DNA from: a bacterium
GTDB taxonomy: Bacteria; UBA8248; JACPRG01; G963555815
Assembly (NCBI GenBank): GCA_965261595.1
Contig: CBDHDG010000004.1
Coordinates: 832,001-896,000, forward strand
Direction: 5' to 3'
DNA length: 64,000 nt
How positions within the stretch are numbered: position 1 is the first letter of the stretch; each line of letters starts with the position of its first letter. The position numbers and the translations under genes were made by a program. This document shows, in pieces, positions 10,473-21,359 of the stretch. Under the pieces are notes generated by a model that worked only from the letters and a program-made list of their open reading frames with translations, did no database searches and was not told where the DNA came from.

Positions 10473-11783
10473 CTATTCGGATTTTCTGGGATTGAACACC
10501 CGCTCGAAGATCGCGTTCACATGCGCGAGGTGGTCTTTCAGCTCAAAGCACCGCTTCAGGGTCTCGGCGTCCAGGCGCTCCCGGACCTCGGGGTCCTCGG
10601 CCAGAACGGACTGAAAATCCTCCCCCCCCCCCTCCATCGCCCGAAAGGCGCAGCGCTGGACCATCTCGTACGCCCCTTGGCGCGAAAGCCCGGAACGGAT
10701 CAGGGCCAACAGGACCTGCTCGGAATGGAACAGCCCCCCGCCCATCGCCAGGTTCCGCTCCATGGCCTCCTCGTGAATCACGAGGCCGTCGAGCAAGCCC
10801 GTCAGCTTCACCAGCAGGGTGTCCACCAGAATCGTCGAATCGGGCAGGATGACCCGCTCCACCGAGGAATGGCTGATGTCCCGCTCGTGCCACAGGGGGA
10901 CGTTCTGAAGGGCGGCGGCGGCGTTCACGCCCACCAGACGCGAGAGGCCGACGAGCTGCTCCGAGACAATCGGGTTCCGCTTGTGCGGCATGGCCGAGGA
11001 GCCCTTCTGTCCCTGGCCGAATCCTTCCGACACCTCCCCCACCTCGGACCGGGAGAGGCTCCGGATCTCGGTGGCGACTTTCGCCACCGACGCCGCGGTG
11101 ATCGCCAAGGCCGACAGGTACTCGGCATGGCGGTCCCGTTGGATGATTTGCGAGGAAGCAGGCGCGGGACGAAGGCCCAGCCGCCCGCAGACGAACGCCT
11201 CCACCTCGGGCGAGAGGTGCGCGTACGTCCCCACCGCTCCCGAGATCATCCCGACCCGGACACCCTCCATCGCCCGGGCGACCCGCTCCTCGTTCCTCGC
11301 GAACTCACCATACCAAAGGGCCAGCTTGAGGCCGAAGGTCGTCGGCTCGGCCTGCATCCCGTGGGTTCTGCCGATCAGGGCCCGGTCCTTGAGCTCCCAG
11401 GCGCGCCGGTGAAGGACCGCTTTGAGACCGGCCAGGTCCTGAAGGATCAATCGGGCCGCCTCGACCATCTGCATGGACAGGGAGGTGTCCAGGATGTCGC
11501 TGGATGTCAGGCCCAGGTGGAGATGGCGGGCCGCCTCCCCCGCCTGCTCCTCCACATGGGTCAGAAAGGCGATGACATCGTGGCGCGTGGTCTTCTCGAT
11601 CTCCGCAACGCGGCCGGGGTCCGGAACAACAGCCTTGCGGACGGCTTCAGCCGTGCCGGGGGGGACTTGGCCGAGACCTTCCATGGCCTCGCAGGCCAGG
11701 CACTCGATCTCCAGCCAGTTCGCCAGCTTGGTCTCTTCCGACCAGAGGGCGGTCATTTCGGGCCGGGAATATCGGGGGATCAT
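10473..11783 (-). CDS. purB: Adenylosuccinate lyase
   Basis: [36 protein letters not shown]. Confidence 0.97.
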   Translation of the reverse strand: MIPRYSRPEMTALWSEETKLANWLEIECLACEAMEGLGQVPPGTAEAVRKAVVPDPGRVAEIEKTTRHDVIAFLTHVEEQAGEAARHLHLGLTSSDILDTSLSMQMVEAARLILQDLAGLKAVLHRRAWELKDRALIGRTHGMQAEPTTFGLKLALWYGEFARNEERVARAMEGVRVGMISGAVGTYAHLSPEVEAFVCGRLGLRPAPASSQIIQRDRHAEYLSALAITAASVAKVATEIRSLSRSEVGEVSEGFGQGQKGSSAMPHKRNPIVSEQLVGLSRLVGVNAAAALQNVPLWHERDISHSSVERVILPDSTILVDTLLVKLTGLLDGLVIHEEAMERNLAMGGGLFHSEQVLLALIRSGLSRQGAYEMVQRCAFRAMEGGGEDFQSVLAEDPEVRERLDAETLKRCFELKDHLAHVNAIFERVFNPRKSE

Positions 11784-11816
11784 GGAAACTCCCGTTGTAT
11801 CAAGCCGCGAGGGATC

Positions 11817-12599
11817 TCATCCCGCGGAAAGCCGCAAAACCTTGGGTGCATTCCGGCTTGCCACCTCAAATCTCGTGGCGTATCCGTTCAAGTGTTGAGC
11901 CGCCGTCCGGCGGACCAGGTCGGGGTGATTATTGGTTTCGCTCAGATGCGCGAGGATGACCGCGCCCAACCCCCGGTGAGCGACGCTCCCCAAGAGCCCG
12001 CCCGCCTCCTCGTTCGACAGATGGCCGCCGGGACCCGCGATTCGCTCCTTCAAAAAGGGCGGATAGGGTCCGCTCGCCAGCATGTCCGGGTCGTGGTTGA
12101 ACTCCAACACCAGCCCGTGGACGCCGGAAAGCTCCGATACGACCTCCTGCCGGATCTCCCCCATGTCCGTCGCGATTCCCACCCTGATTCCCCCGGCCTC
12201 CAGGATGAAGCCCACCGGCTCTTCCGCGTCATGGGGCGTCGGAAACGCCCGGACGGCCCAAGCGCCGAGCTGGAAAGGGCGAAGGGCCCGGAACGTCTCG
12301 ACCCGGGAATCCGGCGCCCAATCCCAGGGCTGCCGGGACAACGCGCGAAGCGTCCCCTCGGTCATGTAAGCGGGAAACGGGTTTCGCTTCATCAAAACGG
12401 GCATGCCTTTGACATGATCGCTGTGCTCGTGGCTCACCAGGAGCGCCCGGACATTTTCCATCGAGCCGCCGATGCCCGAAATCCGCCGCTCGATCTGGAG
12501 GCGGGAGATCCCCGCGTCGATCAGCAAGGCGTCCCCCCCCGACTCCAGATAGATGGCGTTTCCGCCGCTGCCGCTGGCCAATACCGCGATTTGAATCAT
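11817..12599 (-). CDS. MBL-fold metallohydrolase (YycJ/WalJ-like)
   Basis: [32 protein letters not shown]. Confidence 0.9.
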   Translation of the reverse strand: MIQIAVLASGSGGNAIYLESGGDALLIDAGISRLQIERRISGIGGSMENVRALLVSHEHSDHVKGMPVLMKRNPFPAYMTEGTLRALSRQPWDWAPDSRVETFRALRPFQLGAWAVRAFPTPHDAEEPVGFILEAGGIRVGIATDMGEIRQEVVSELSGVHGLVLEFNHDPDMLASGPYPPFLKERIAGPGGHLSNEEAGGLLGSVAHRGLGAVILAHLSETNNHPDLVRRTAAQHLNGYATRFEVASRNAPKVLRLSAG

Positions 12600-12626
12600 C
12601 CGTCTCCCTTGTTTCCTCCGCCCGCC

Positions 12627-13604
12627 TCAGGAAAGACGGTCCCGCACCATCGTATAGAGAAGCGGAAAGAGGATCTCGTGGTGCCCGGTGATTTGAAAGC
12701 CCCGTCCACCCGGAATCGTGGGACGCTGAACGACGTTCTCCCTCGGCCGGTAGTGCTGGATCATGTCCAGGTTGGCCGTGACGATTCCGTGCGGTTTGCC
12801 CTTCAGGTTCCGGGCGATGTTGACGGCCTTCAGGAAAACCTCGGGCATGATAACGGCCGAGCCCAGATTGAGGTACACCCCGCCGCCCTCCAGTCCTAGA
12901 ACCGCTTCGGAGAAAACGTGAAAATCCCGGAAGGCGGCGAGGCCGAGGGCCGCTCCGTCATGACCAGGGTGCATGTGAACGATGTCCGTCCCGATGGCTA
13001 CGTGGAGGGTCGCGGGAATCCCGCGCGCGTACGCAGCCGCCAGCAAACTCAGATCCCGGTGGGGAAACGCCCCCTCCGCGATGTGCCGCCCCACCGCCTG
13101 ACCCAATCCGCACCCTTCCCGGCCGGCCAGCGCGACGGCGTCCCAGTAGGCCCGTCCGGTCTCCTCGGCCATGCCGAAAGCGCCCTCGGGCAGCCCCTCG
13201 GCGACCTCCTCGGAGGTGTGTCCCTGCATGGCCATTTCGATGTCGTGAACGGCCAGCGCCCCGCCGGCGGCCAGGGCGTTCACGAACCCGCGATTCATCA
13301 GGTCGATGATCAGACGGCTCAACCCGACCTTGACGGGATGAGCGCCCATCCCGAGGATCACCGAACGACCCCCGGAGACCGCGGCGGCCCAGGCGTCGGC
13401 CAGCGTCTTGATGTCGCTTCCCTTCAAGATCGACGGGATCAGGTCCTCAAGAGACCGGCCGGGGGGTGAGTACGCCTCGGGGTCGGCCAGAAGATCCTTT
13501 TGCACCTTGCTCCGCCGGGTCGTCAGGGGCGCCGTCTTCGCCCCGGAGAAGTCCATCGACTTGTGCGGCCCCTTGCCGGAAGGTTCGGATATCGGACGGT
13601 TCAA
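12627..13604 (-). CDS. Conserved hypothetical protein with a deoxyhypusine-synthase-like fold
   Basis: GAHPVKVGLS, HDIE.A..G.TSE.V, HVAIGTDIVH, GSAVIMPEVFLKA, GHHEI. Confidence 0.65.
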   Translation of the reverse strand: MNRPISEPSGKGPHKSMDFSGAKTAPLTTRRSKVQKDLLADPEAYSPPGRSLEDLIPSILKGSDIKTLADAWAAAVSGGRSVILGMGAHPVKVGLSRLIIDLMNRGFVNALAAGGALAVHDIEMAMQGHTSEEVAEGLPEGAFGMAEETGRAYWDAVALAGREGCGLGQAVGRHIAEGAFPHRDLSLLAAAYARGIPATLHVAIGTDIVHMHPGHDGAALGLAAFRDFHVFSEAVLGLEGGGVYLNLGSAVIMPEVFLKAVNIARNLKGKPHGIVTANLDMIQHYRPRENVVQRPTIPGGRGFQITGHHEILFPLLYTMVRDRLS

Positions 13605-15190
13605 CGCCTCCCCCCTCCCCCCGCCCCGCCCCCCCCGCCCCGCCGGATGGCTTCGACCCGCGAGGACGTGGAGAAACCGGGCAGCAGCGGGATCAACTCG
13701 ACGCGGCCCCCGGCGCCCTCAACCAGGTCCCGCCCGACCACCTCGTCCAGCCGATAGTCGCCCCCCTTGACCAGAACGTCGGGCCGCAGCGCCCGGATGA
13801 GGCGGAGCGGCGTCTGCTCGGCGAAGATGGACACGTAATCCACAAACCGGAGGGAGACCAGCATCTCGGCCCGCTCGTCCTCGCCGATGAGGGGCCGGCC
13901 CGTCCCCTTGAGCCTCCGGACGGAGGCGTCATCGTTCAACCCCACGACGAGCAGGTCTCCCCGCGCCCGGGCGCGCTGCAACAGATGAAGGTGGCCGGTG
14001 TGCATCATGTCGAAGCATCCGTTGGTGAACACCACCCGGTCGCCCCGGGCCCGGGCTTCGGCCAACCGCCTCTTGAGCGCGTCGCGCGAGAGGATCTTCA
14101 AGCCCGACGCGGAAAGCCCCCCGCCCATGACGCGGGCCAGGGCTTCGGGCTCCACGACCGCGGTCCCGACCATCCCGACGACGATCCCCGCCGCGGCGGT
14201 CGCGAGGCGCGCCGCGTCCGCCAGGGAAGACCCGCCGAAGGCGGCCATCCCCATCACGGCGGCCACCGTGTCGCCCGCCCCTGTGACATCATAAACCTGG
14301 TGGGTCTGCGACACGGGGACATGCGTCTTTCGGGGCCTCGCGCCCCCGGCTTCGAACAGGTCCATGCCCTCCGCGCCCCGCGTAACGAGAAGCGCCCGGA
14401 CGCCCGTTCTCCCCATCAGCCAACGGGCGCGTCTGTCCAGATCGGGCCCGCCATCCTCGCGGCCGGCCATCTCGCGGGTCGCCTCGATCAATTCCCGGGC
14501 GTTGGGCGTCAGGATGTCCGCCCTCCGGTGCCTCGTGAAGTCCCGCCCTTTCGGGTCCACGAGGACAAAGGGGCGGCCCTTGTCGGAGCGTTTCTTCTTC
14601 GCCGCGGCCGAGACGCCGAAGACCGCCGCCAGCACCCCCTTGCCCAACACCCCCTTGGCGTAATCGGAGCAGATGATCCCCGAAGCGCCGCGTCCGAGAC
14701 GCCGGACACTCGCCGCCACGCGCCGCTCCTCATCCGCCCCGAGGGGAAGGACCCGCTCCCGGTCTATCCGGAGGATGTGCTGTCCGCGCGCGATGACCCG
14801 CGTCTTCTGGCTGGTGGGCCGGCCGGCGACGGCCAGGACGCCCGAGGTGTCCACGCCCTTCTTGCGCAGGCGCCCGACCAGCCTTCTTCCCGGCGCGTCC
14901 TTGCCGACAACGCCGATCAACCGGACGCGGCAGCCCAAAGAGGCCAGGTTCAAGGCGACATTGGCGGCCCCGCCCGGCGCGTCCGCCTCCCGCTCCCACC
15001 GGAGCACCTGGACCGGGGCCTCGGGTGACACCCGGTCCACCTCCCCCCAGACGAAGTGGTCGTACAGGATGTCTCCGACGACGACCACCGGCCCCAACCG
15101 GCCGGCGTCAAGCGGCGCGGGGGCTCCCTTGGACCGGCGGCCGGAGGGACGCGCGGACGCGCGGGATCGGCCCGCGCCCCGGCTAGCCAC
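13601..15190 (-). CDS. hldE: Bifunctional D-glycero-beta-D-manno-heptose-7-phosphate kinase / heptose-1-phosphate adenylyltransferase
   Basis: RVSPEAPV, PGGAANVA, DVTGAGDTV, then FTNGCFD..H.GH and VKGGDY; GTG start overlapping the gmhA stop. Confidence 0.93.
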   Translation of the reverse strand: MASRGAGRSRASARPSGRRSKGAPAPLDAGRLGPVVVVGDILYDHFVWGEVDRVSPEAPVQVLRWEREADAPGGAANVALNLASLGCRVRLIGVVGKDAPGRRLVGRLRKKGVDTSGVLAVAGRPTSQKTRVIARGQHILRIDRERVLPLGADEERRVAASVRRLGRGASGIICSDYAKGVLGKGVLAAVFGVSAAAKKKRSDKGRPFVLVDPKGRDFTRHRRADILTPNARELIEATREMAGREDGGPDLDRRARWLMGRTGVRALLVTRGAEGMDLFEAGGARPRKTHVPVSQTHQVYDVTGAGDTVAAVMGMAAFGGSSLADAARLATAAAGIVVGMVGTAVVEPEALARVMGGGLSASGLKILSRDALKRRLAEARARGDRVVFTNGCFDMMHTGHLHLLQRARARGDLLVVGLNDDASVRRLKGTGRPLIGEDERAEMLVSLRFVDYVSIFAEQTPLRLIRALRPDVLVKGGDYRLDEVVGRDLVEGAGGRVELIPLLPGFSTSSRVEAIRRGGGGGAGGGGRR

Positions 15191-15851
15191 GCGCGCTTCC
15201 CTTTTTCCCCGCCGCAGATCCTCCGGGGGACGTCTTACCGCGCTTCCGTCCGACCCGGGGCGCCCTGAGGCGGCGGTCGACCTCTTCGCAAAGAACGTGA
15301 AGCAGGAATCCATGCGCTTCTTGAATCAAGGGGACCTCGGCGCCGGGCACGATCAAGGCAGTATCGGCCGCACGCTTCGCCCTTCCCCCGGCCCCGCCCA
15401 GGAAGGCCGCCGTATGCGCCCCGCGCTTCCCGGCCGCGCGAAGGCCGCGGATCACGTTTTCGGAGCCGCCGGTCGTGCTGATGCCGATGGCCACGTCCCC
15501 CGGCAGGGTCAGGGCATCGATCTGGCGCTCGAAGATCCGCTCAAAGCCGTAGTCGTTGCCGATGGCCGTCAGGATGGAGGAGTCGGTCGTCAAGGCGATG
15601 GCGGGCAAGGGGTTCCGCTCGGTGAGGAAGCGACCCACCCATTCGGCGGCGACGTGCTGGGCGGCGGCGGCGCTGCCCCCGTTTCCGAACAGCAGGACCT
15701 TTCGGTCGCGGGCCATGGCTCGGGCGACGACGTCAGACAATCGATCCAACTGGTTTCCAAAATCGCCCTGCCGGAGGTTTTCAAAGAGGGTGATCCGGCG
15801 GGCAAGGGCGTGAACCCAGAAATCCGGTCCGGGAGGATTCTTTTCGGTCAT
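15183..15851 (-). CDS. gmhA: Sedoheptulose-7-phosphate isomerase
   Basis: GNGGSAA.AQH.AAE, TAIGNDYGF, ISTTGGSENV, IQEAH. Confidence 0.95.
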   Translation of the reverse strand: MTEKNPPGPDFWVHALARRITLFENLRQGDFGNQLDRLSDVVARAMARDRKVLLFGNGGSAAAAQHVAAEWVGRFLTERNPLPAIALTTDSSILTAIGNDYGFERIFERQIDALTLPGDVAIGISTTGGSENVIRGLRAAGKRGAHTAAFLGGAGGRAKRAADTALIVPGAEVPLIQEAHGFLLHVLCEEVDRRLRAPRVGRKRGKTSPGGSAAGKKGSARG

Positions 15852-15919
15852 GAATCAAATTCCAAACCCAAGGCCCTTCGCGTTGGGCGGCATTCGGACG
15901 CCTCCCGGTTTCATCTCCC

Positions 15920-16639
15920 TCACAAGGCCCCCTGGTCCGCGAAGCTGTAATAATCGCCTTCCCCGACGATGATGTGGTCCAGAACGCGGATGCCGAGGAG
16001 ATCGCCCGTCTCTTTCAGCCGCCGGGTCAGCCGGCGGTCCGCCTCGCTGGGGGCGGGGTCTCCGCTCGGATGGTTGTGGGCGAAAACCACGGCGGCGGCC
16101 GATTCTTTAACCGCGGGCGCGAACGCCTCCCGGGGATGGACGACGCTCTCATTCAACGACCCCAGCGAAATCGTCTCGACCTTCAACAGATGATTTTTCG
16201 TGCTCAACAGCGCCACCTGGAAGAGCTCCTTCTGCCGGGCGCGCAGGCGGGGCGCGAAGTAGGCCGCCGCCTCCTCGGAGGAGCCGAGCGCGCGGTCCTT
16301 CTCCCCTCCGGCGAGGAAGCGCCGCCCCAGCTCCAGCGCGGCCTTGACCTGGGCCGCCTTGGCGGGGCCGATGCCCCGGATCGAGCAGATGTCGTTCACA
16401 CCGGCCTTCTCGATCCCCCGAAGATCCTCGAACCGGTAGAGCAGGGAGCGCGCTAAATCCAGCGCGCCGCCGCCGCCGGCCCCCGGCCCGCTGCCGGTTC
16501 GGAGGATGATCGCCAGAAGCTCCACGTCGCCCATCTCCTCCGCGCCCCGGGCCAGAAGCCGCTCCCGGGGACGCGCCTGCTCGGGCCATTCCCGGATGGA
16601 GGTCGGATAGGGCTTCGCGGCATCCGGCGGGCGCATCAT
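15920..16639 (-). CDS. radC: RadC family protein (HhH + JAB domain)
   Basis: RPRERL, GIGPAKA, VHPRE, AHNHPSGD, VLDHIIVG. Confidence 0.95.
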   Translation of the reverse strand: MMRPPDAAKPYPTSIREWPEQARPRERLLARGAEEMGDVELLAIILRTGSGPGAGGGGALDLARSLLYRFEDLRGIEKAGVNDICSIRGIGPAKAAQVKAALELGRRFLAGGEKDRALGSSEEAAAYFAPRLRARQKELFQVALLSTKNHLLKVETISLGSLNESVVHPREAFAPAVKESAAAVVFAHNHPSGDPAPSEADRRLTRRLKETGDLLGIRVLDHIIVGEGDYYSFADQGAL

Positions 16640-16683
16640 GATCGCTCCCTTCCCTCCTCCCCCCGCCGGTCCTCGGCAGCGCG

Positions 16684-17625
16684 TCAGGAAGACACCTTTC
16701 GCCGGAAATACTCCAGCGTGTCGCGCAGGCCCTCGTCGAGGGCCACGGCGGGCTGCCAGCCCAAAATCTCCCGGGCCCGCGAGATGTCCGGCTGGCGCAC
16801 CTTCGGGTCATCCTCCGGGAGGGGCTTGATCTCGATTACGCTCCGGCTTCCGGTCGCCTCGATGATCACCCGCGCCAGCTCCCCGATGGTGATCTCGTTG
16901 GGGTTTCCGAGGTTGACCGGCTCGGCGCAGTCCGAGCGCGAGAGCCGGACGATCCCCTCGATCAGGTCCGAGATGTAACAAAAGCTCCGGGTTTGGCTTC
17001 CGTCGCCGAAAACCGTGATGGGCTCGTTTCGGAGGGCCTGCGTCAGGAAGGTGGGGACGGCCCGCCCGTCCTGAAGCCGCATCCGGGGGCCGTAGGTGTT
17101 GAAGATGCGGGGGATGCGGGTCTTGAGCGAGTGAAACCGGTGGTAGGCCATCACGAGGGCTTCGCCGTAACGCTTGGCCTCGTCGTACACCCCCCGGGGG
17201 CCGATGGGGTTCACGTTACCCCAGCAATCCTCCTTTTGGGGGTGAACGAGCGGGTCGCCGTAGACCTCGGACGTGGAGGCCAGGGTGAGCACGGCCCCTT
17301 TCGCCTTGGCGAGCCCGAGGGCGTTCAAGGTCCCGAGGGCCCCGACCTTGAGGGTCTGAATCGGATATTCCAGGTAATCGACGGGGCTGGCGGGCGAGGC
17401 GAAGTGATAGACATAATCCAACTTGCCCGGGACGGCCAGGAAGTGGGTGACGTCATACTTGATCATGTGGAACCGGCCGCTCGAAAGGTGGGAGACGTTT
17501 TCGTCGTTCCCGGTCAGCAGGTTGTCCATGCAGATCACTTCGTGGCCGTCGGCCAACAGGCGCTCGCACAGATAGGACCCGAGAAAGCCGGCCCCCCCCG
17601 TGACCAGGCTCCGTGGAGGCGCCAT
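16684..17625 (-). CDS. UDP-glucuronic acid decarboxylase family SDR
   Basis: [37 protein letters not shown]. Confidence 0.93.
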   Translation of the reverse strand: MAPPRSLVTGGAGFLGSYLCERLLADGHEVICMDNLLTGNDENVSHLSSGRFHMIKYDVTHFLAVPGKLDYVYHFASPASPVDYLEYPIQTLKVGALGTLNALGLAKAKGAVLTLASTSEVYGDPLVHPQKEDCWGNVNPIGPRGVYDEAKRYGEALVMAYHRFHSLKTRIPRIFNTYGPRMRLQDGRAVPTFLTQALRNEPITVFGDGSQTRSFCYISDLIEGIVRLSRSDCAEPVNLGNPNEITIGELARVIIEATGSRSVIEIKPLPEDDPKVRQPDISRAREILGWQPAVALDEGLRDTLEYFRRKVSS

Positions 17626-18917
17626 CAGGCTTTCCCCATGCAGTGGTATTCGAACCCGAGCCTCTTCGTCCGCTCCACGTCGTAGATGTTGCGTCCGTCG
17701 AAAATCAGGGGCCGGGCCATCAGCTCTTTGAGGCGGACCAGGTTCAGCTGGCGGAACTCCCGCCATTCGGTCACGACCACGAGGGCGTCCGCCCCCTCGG
17801 CCGCGGCATAGGCGCTGGGGCAGAACTCCACCCCGTTCAGGATGGACCGGGCGTTGTCCATCGCCACCGGATCATACGCTTTGACCTTGGCGCCTTCTTC
17901 GAGAAGCGCCCGGATGACCTCGACCGACTTGGCGTCGCGCATGTCGTCGGTGTTGTCCTTGAAGGCCAGGCCCAGAACGCCCACGACTTTTCCCTTCAGA
18001 CTCCCCATGCTCTTGCGGATGATGTCGAGCAGGTGCGGCGCGCGCTCCCGGTTGACGGAAAGCACTTCCTTGAGCAGTTTGAAATCGTATCCGAGCTCCC
18101 CGGACTTGTGGACGAAGGACTCGACGTCTTTCGGGAAGCACGACCCGCCGAACCCGAGTCCGGGATAGAGGAACCCCCGGCCGATGCGGGAGTCGTACCC
18201 CATGCCCTTGGCCACGTCGTCCACGTTCGCCCCGGCCTGCTCGCAGACGTTCGCCACGGCGTTGATGAAGGAGATCTTCATGGCCAGGAAGGCGTTGCTG
18301 GCGTATTTGATGATCTCCGCGCTCGGCACGTCGGTGATGAGCATCGGGCGCTCGAGGGGCGCGTAGAGCTCGAGCAGCCTCATGGCGACGGTCTTGTTGG
18401 GCGCGCCGATGACGATCCGGTCCGGCGCCAGGGTGTCCTGGATGGCCGAGCCCTCGCGCAGGAACTCGGGATTCGATACGACGTCGAACCGCACGGACTT
18501 GCGCTTGTGGCGCTCGATGATGTCGGAAACCAAGGCCCCGGTCCCGACCGGGACGGTGCTCTTGTTGACGATGACCTTGTAATCGTCGATGGCGTGGGCG
18601 ATGGCCGCGGCGGCGCTCTCCACGTAGGAGAGATCGGTCTCGCCGTCGTCCTTGGGCGGCGTGCCGACACAGATGAAGATCAGCTCCGAGTCGCGGACCA
18701 GCCGGTGCACATCGATCGTAAAGCTCAGGCGGCCGCCCTCCACGTTGCGGTGGATCATCTCATCCAAGCCGGTCTCGTAGATCGGCACCTCGCCCCGGTT
18801 CAACCGCTCGACTTTCTCCTCGTCGATATCGGCGCAGATCACGTCGTTTCCGAGGTCCGCGAAAACCGCGCCCGTCACCAGGCCCACATAGCCGATCCCG
18901 ATCACTCCGATTTCCAT
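17625..18917 (-). CDS. ugd: UDP-glucose 6-dehydrogenase
   Basis: [34 protein letters not shown]. Confidence 0.95.
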   Translation of the reverse strand: MEIGVIGIGYVGLVTGAVFADLGNDVICADIDEEKVERLNRGEVPIYETGLDEMIHRNVEGGRLSFTIDVHRLVRDSELIFICVGTPPKDDGETDLSYVESAAAAIAHAIDDYKVIVNKSTVPVGTGALVSDIIERHKRKSVRFDVVSNPEFLREGSAIQDTLAPDRIVIGAPNKTVAMRLLELYAPLERPMLITDVPSAEIIKYASNAFLAMKISFINAVANVCEQAGANVDDVAKGMGYDSRIGRGFLYPGLGFGGSCFPKDVESFVHKSGELGYDFKLLKEVLSVNRERAPHLLDIIRKSMGSLKGKVVGVLGLAFKDNTDDMRDAKSVEVIRALLEEGAKVKAYDPVAMDNARSILNGVEFCPSAYAAAEGADALVVVTEWREFRQLNLVRLKELMARPLIFDGRNIYDVERTKRLGFEYHCMGKA

Positions 18918-18950
18918 TCAAAAAGCTCCCCAAAAATGATTCCCCGGCAT

Positions 18951-19862
18951 TCAACCCTCCAAGAGGGCGCCGCGCAAGATCAGATAATCACGAAGGGCCT
19001 CGGCCCAGGACCGAAGGGGGCGTCCCGTCCAGCCCCGATAGGCCGATCCGTCCAGGACGGAATAGGCCGGACGCGGCGCCTTGCGGCCGAGAAGCCGCGC
19101 CGAGGTCGGCTCCACAATGACGGGGTCCTGCCCGGCGGCCGAGAGGATCTCCCGCGCGAAATCGTACCACGTGCACTCGCCGCCCCCGGTGACGTTCACC
19201 ACCCCCCGGGCTTCGGTCCGCAGCAGCGCCTTGAGGGCCCCCGCCAGGTCCGCCGAATAGGTCGGGGCGCCGCGCTGATCGTTCACCACGCGGACCGGCT
19301 CGCCGAGGGCGCCCTTTTCCAAAATCGCGTCAACGAAGTTCCGCCCCGCCGGGCCGTAGACCCACGCGGTCCGGACAATCAGGGAGTCCGCCGGGCCGTG
19401 CGCCCGGACCGCTTCCTCCCCCTCCCACTTGGTGGCCCCGTAGACCCCGAGGGGGGAAATGGGGTCGTCCTCCCGGTAGGGCCGGTCGGATGTGCCGTCG
19501 AACACGTAATCGGTGCTGAGGTGGATAAGCCGGCATCCGAGGGAGGCGCACGTCCGGGCCACGTTGGCCGCCCCGGCCGCGTTCACCGCGCGGGCCGCGT
19601 CCGGCTCCTCCTCGGCCGCGTCGACCTTCGTATACGCCGCGGCATGAATGACGGCGTCTGGGGAGATTTCTTCCAGCTTCCCCTGGACCGCTTCGGGCCG
19701 CGTAATGTCCAGGTCGGCGCGGGTCAGGCCGACGGCCACCATCGCGTCCGGCCCCTCCGGCAGGCATGCCCGCAGGGCCGTCCCGAGGATTCCCCCGGCG
19801 CCTGTGATCGCGACCCGGCGGGTCCCAACCCGGCGGCTCTTCCTGCCCTCAGCGTCCGGCAT
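18951..19862 (-). CDS. rfbD: dTDP-4-dehydrorhamnose reductase
   Basis: TGAGGILG, AAYT.VD.AE, STDYVFDG, YGATK, DQ.G.PT. Confidence 0.93.
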   Translation of the reverse strand: MPDAEGRKSRRVGTRRVAITGAGGILGTALRACLPEGPDAMVAVGLTRADLDITRPEAVQGKLEEISPDAVIHAAAYTKVDAAEEEPDAARAVNAAGAANVARTCASLGCRLIHLSTDYVFDGTSDRPYREDDPISPLGVYGATKWEGEEAVRAHGPADSLIVRTAWVYGPAGRNFVDAILEKGALGEPVRVVNDQRGAPTYSADLAGALKALLRTEARGVVNVTGGGECTWYDFAREILSAAGQDPVIVEPTSARLLGRKAPRPAYSVLDGSAYRGWTGRPLRSWAEALRDYLILRGALLEG

Positions 19863-20868
19863 ACATCTTCTCGTAGTAGGCCCGGTACTCCCCCGCCTTG
19901 ATCCGCCGCCACCAATCGGCGTGGGTCTCATACCACCGGACGGTCGCCGGGAGGCCGTCATCGAGGCGCCGGCCGGGGGACCATCCGGTCGCCGCCTTCA
20001 GTTTGTCCGCGCAAACGGCGTGGCGCAGCACGTGACCGGGCCGGTCCCGGACCCTTCGGATCAGGTCCTTCGGCTTGTCCAGGCACTCCAGGACGGCCTC
20101 GGCCATCTGGAGGATGTTCCGCTCCTCGCCCGTTCCGATGTTGAAGACTTCGCCCTCCGCCCCGTCGGCGTCGATCACCGCGAACAGGGCCCGGACGTGA
20201 TCCTCGACATGAATCCAGTCGCGGCTGTTGAGGCCGTCGCCGTAGACGGGCAGGGGTTCATCCTCCAGGACGTTGGTGATGAAGAGCGGAAGCATTTTCT
20301 CCGGATACTGGTTCGGCCCGTAGTTGTTCGAGCACCGGGTGATCACGACCGGGGTCCCGTGGGTCGCCCAATAGGAGAACGCCAGCCGGTCCCCGCCGGC
20401 CTTGCTGGCGGCGTAGGGGCTTTTGGGCATCAACGCGTCCCGCTCGGCGGACGGCTCGGCCCCGTCGCCGCCAGCGGCTTCCCCGTACACCTCATCGGTC
20501 GAGACCTGGATGAACCGCCGGACGCCGGCGTCCTTCATGGCCTCGAGCAGGACGTAGACGCCCATGACGTCGGTCCGCAGAAAATCGGCGGCGTCGCCGA
20601 TGGAGCGGTCCACGTGGGTCTCGGCGGCGAAATTCACGATCAGGTCTGCTTTGCGGACGAGCGGGCCGACCGCTTCGGCATCGGCGATGTCGCCGCGCTC
20701 GAACGTGTAGCGGGGATCGTTCTCGACGTCCGCCAGGTTTTCCGGCACGCCGGCGTACGTGATCTTGTCCAGGTTGATCACCCGGACGTCCGGCCGCTCG
20801 GCCAACGCCAAACGGACAAAATGGCTACCGATGAAGCCGAGACCGCCCGTGACAAGCCAGGTCTCCAT
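19849..20868 (-). CDS. rfbB: dTDP-glucose 4,6-dehydratase
   Basis: GGLGFIGS, AAETHVDRSI, STDEVYG, YAASKA, NNYGP.QYPEK. Confidence 0.95.
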   Translation of the reverse strand: METWLVTGGLGFIGSHFVRLALAERPDVRVINLDKITYAGVPENLADVENDPRYTFERGDIADAEAVGPLVRKADLIVNFAAETHVDRSIGDAADFLRTDVMGVYVLLEAMKDAGVRRFIQVSTDEVYGEAAGGDGAEPSAERDALMPKSPYAASKAGGDRLAFSYWATHGTPVVITRCSNNYGPNQYPEKMLPLFITNVLEDEPLPVYGDGLNSRDWIHVEDHVRALFAVIDADGAEGEVFNIGTGEERNILQMAEAVLECLDKPKDLIRRVRDRPGHVLRHAVCADKLKAATGWSPGRRLDDGLPATVRWYETHADWWRRIKAGEYRAYYEKMYAGR

Positions 20869-20870
20869 CC

Positions 20871-21359
20871 TCAGCCGTCCTCGCGGGCCCATTCGTAAGG
20901 GATGGGCCCGCCATGGGGGGGGGGGCGGAACTCGTCCGGGTCGTCATAGCGATAGACCTCGGTGGGGATATTGAGGATGATCGCCGGTTCCGGGCTGACG
21001 CCTTTGAAGCCGTGATAAACGAGCCGGGGAATCTGAACGAGAAGCGGGTTCAGGACGCCCATGAAGAATTCGTTGACACATCCGCGGGTCGGGGAGTCCT
21101 CCCGGCTGTCATAGAGAACCACCTTGGCCATCCCACCCACGCAAACGAAGTGGTCGGTCTGGATCTTGTGGTAATGCCAGCCCTTGACAACGCCCGGATA
21201 GACGGCCGTCAGGTACACTTGGCCGAACTTCTGGAAGAGGTCGTCATCGGCCCGGAGCATCTCCATGAGCCAGCCACGCTCGTCGGGGATCCGCTTCAAC
21301 GCCCTGACGACGACGCCCTCGATTCGCTCCGAGGTGATCCGGCCGTCCTTCCCGCTCAC
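20871..21359 (-). CDS. rfbC: dTDP-4-dehydrorhamnose 3,5-epimerase family protein
   Basis: DERG.LME, GVVKGWHYH, YHGF; position within the rfb operon. Confidence 0.85.
   Translation of the reverse strand: MSGKDGRITSERIEGVVVRALKRIPDERGWLMEMLRADDDLFQKFGQVYLTAVYPGVVKGWHYHKIQTDHFVCVGGMAKVVLYDSREDSPTRGCVNEFFMGVLNPLLVQIPRLVYHGFKGVSPEPAIILNIPTEVYRYDDPDEFRPPPHGGPIPYEWAREDG

Noticed and set aside
9987..12899. 970-aa plus-strand ORF
   Set aside because: Antisense to purC, purB and the MBL gene; no recognisable motifs.
15920..16639. radC as a mobile-element anti-restriction marker
   Set aside because: Full-length HhH+JAB form in a housekeeping operon with core GC content.
17613..19901. 762-aa plus-strand ORF
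   Set aside because: Antisense to ugd and rfbD.
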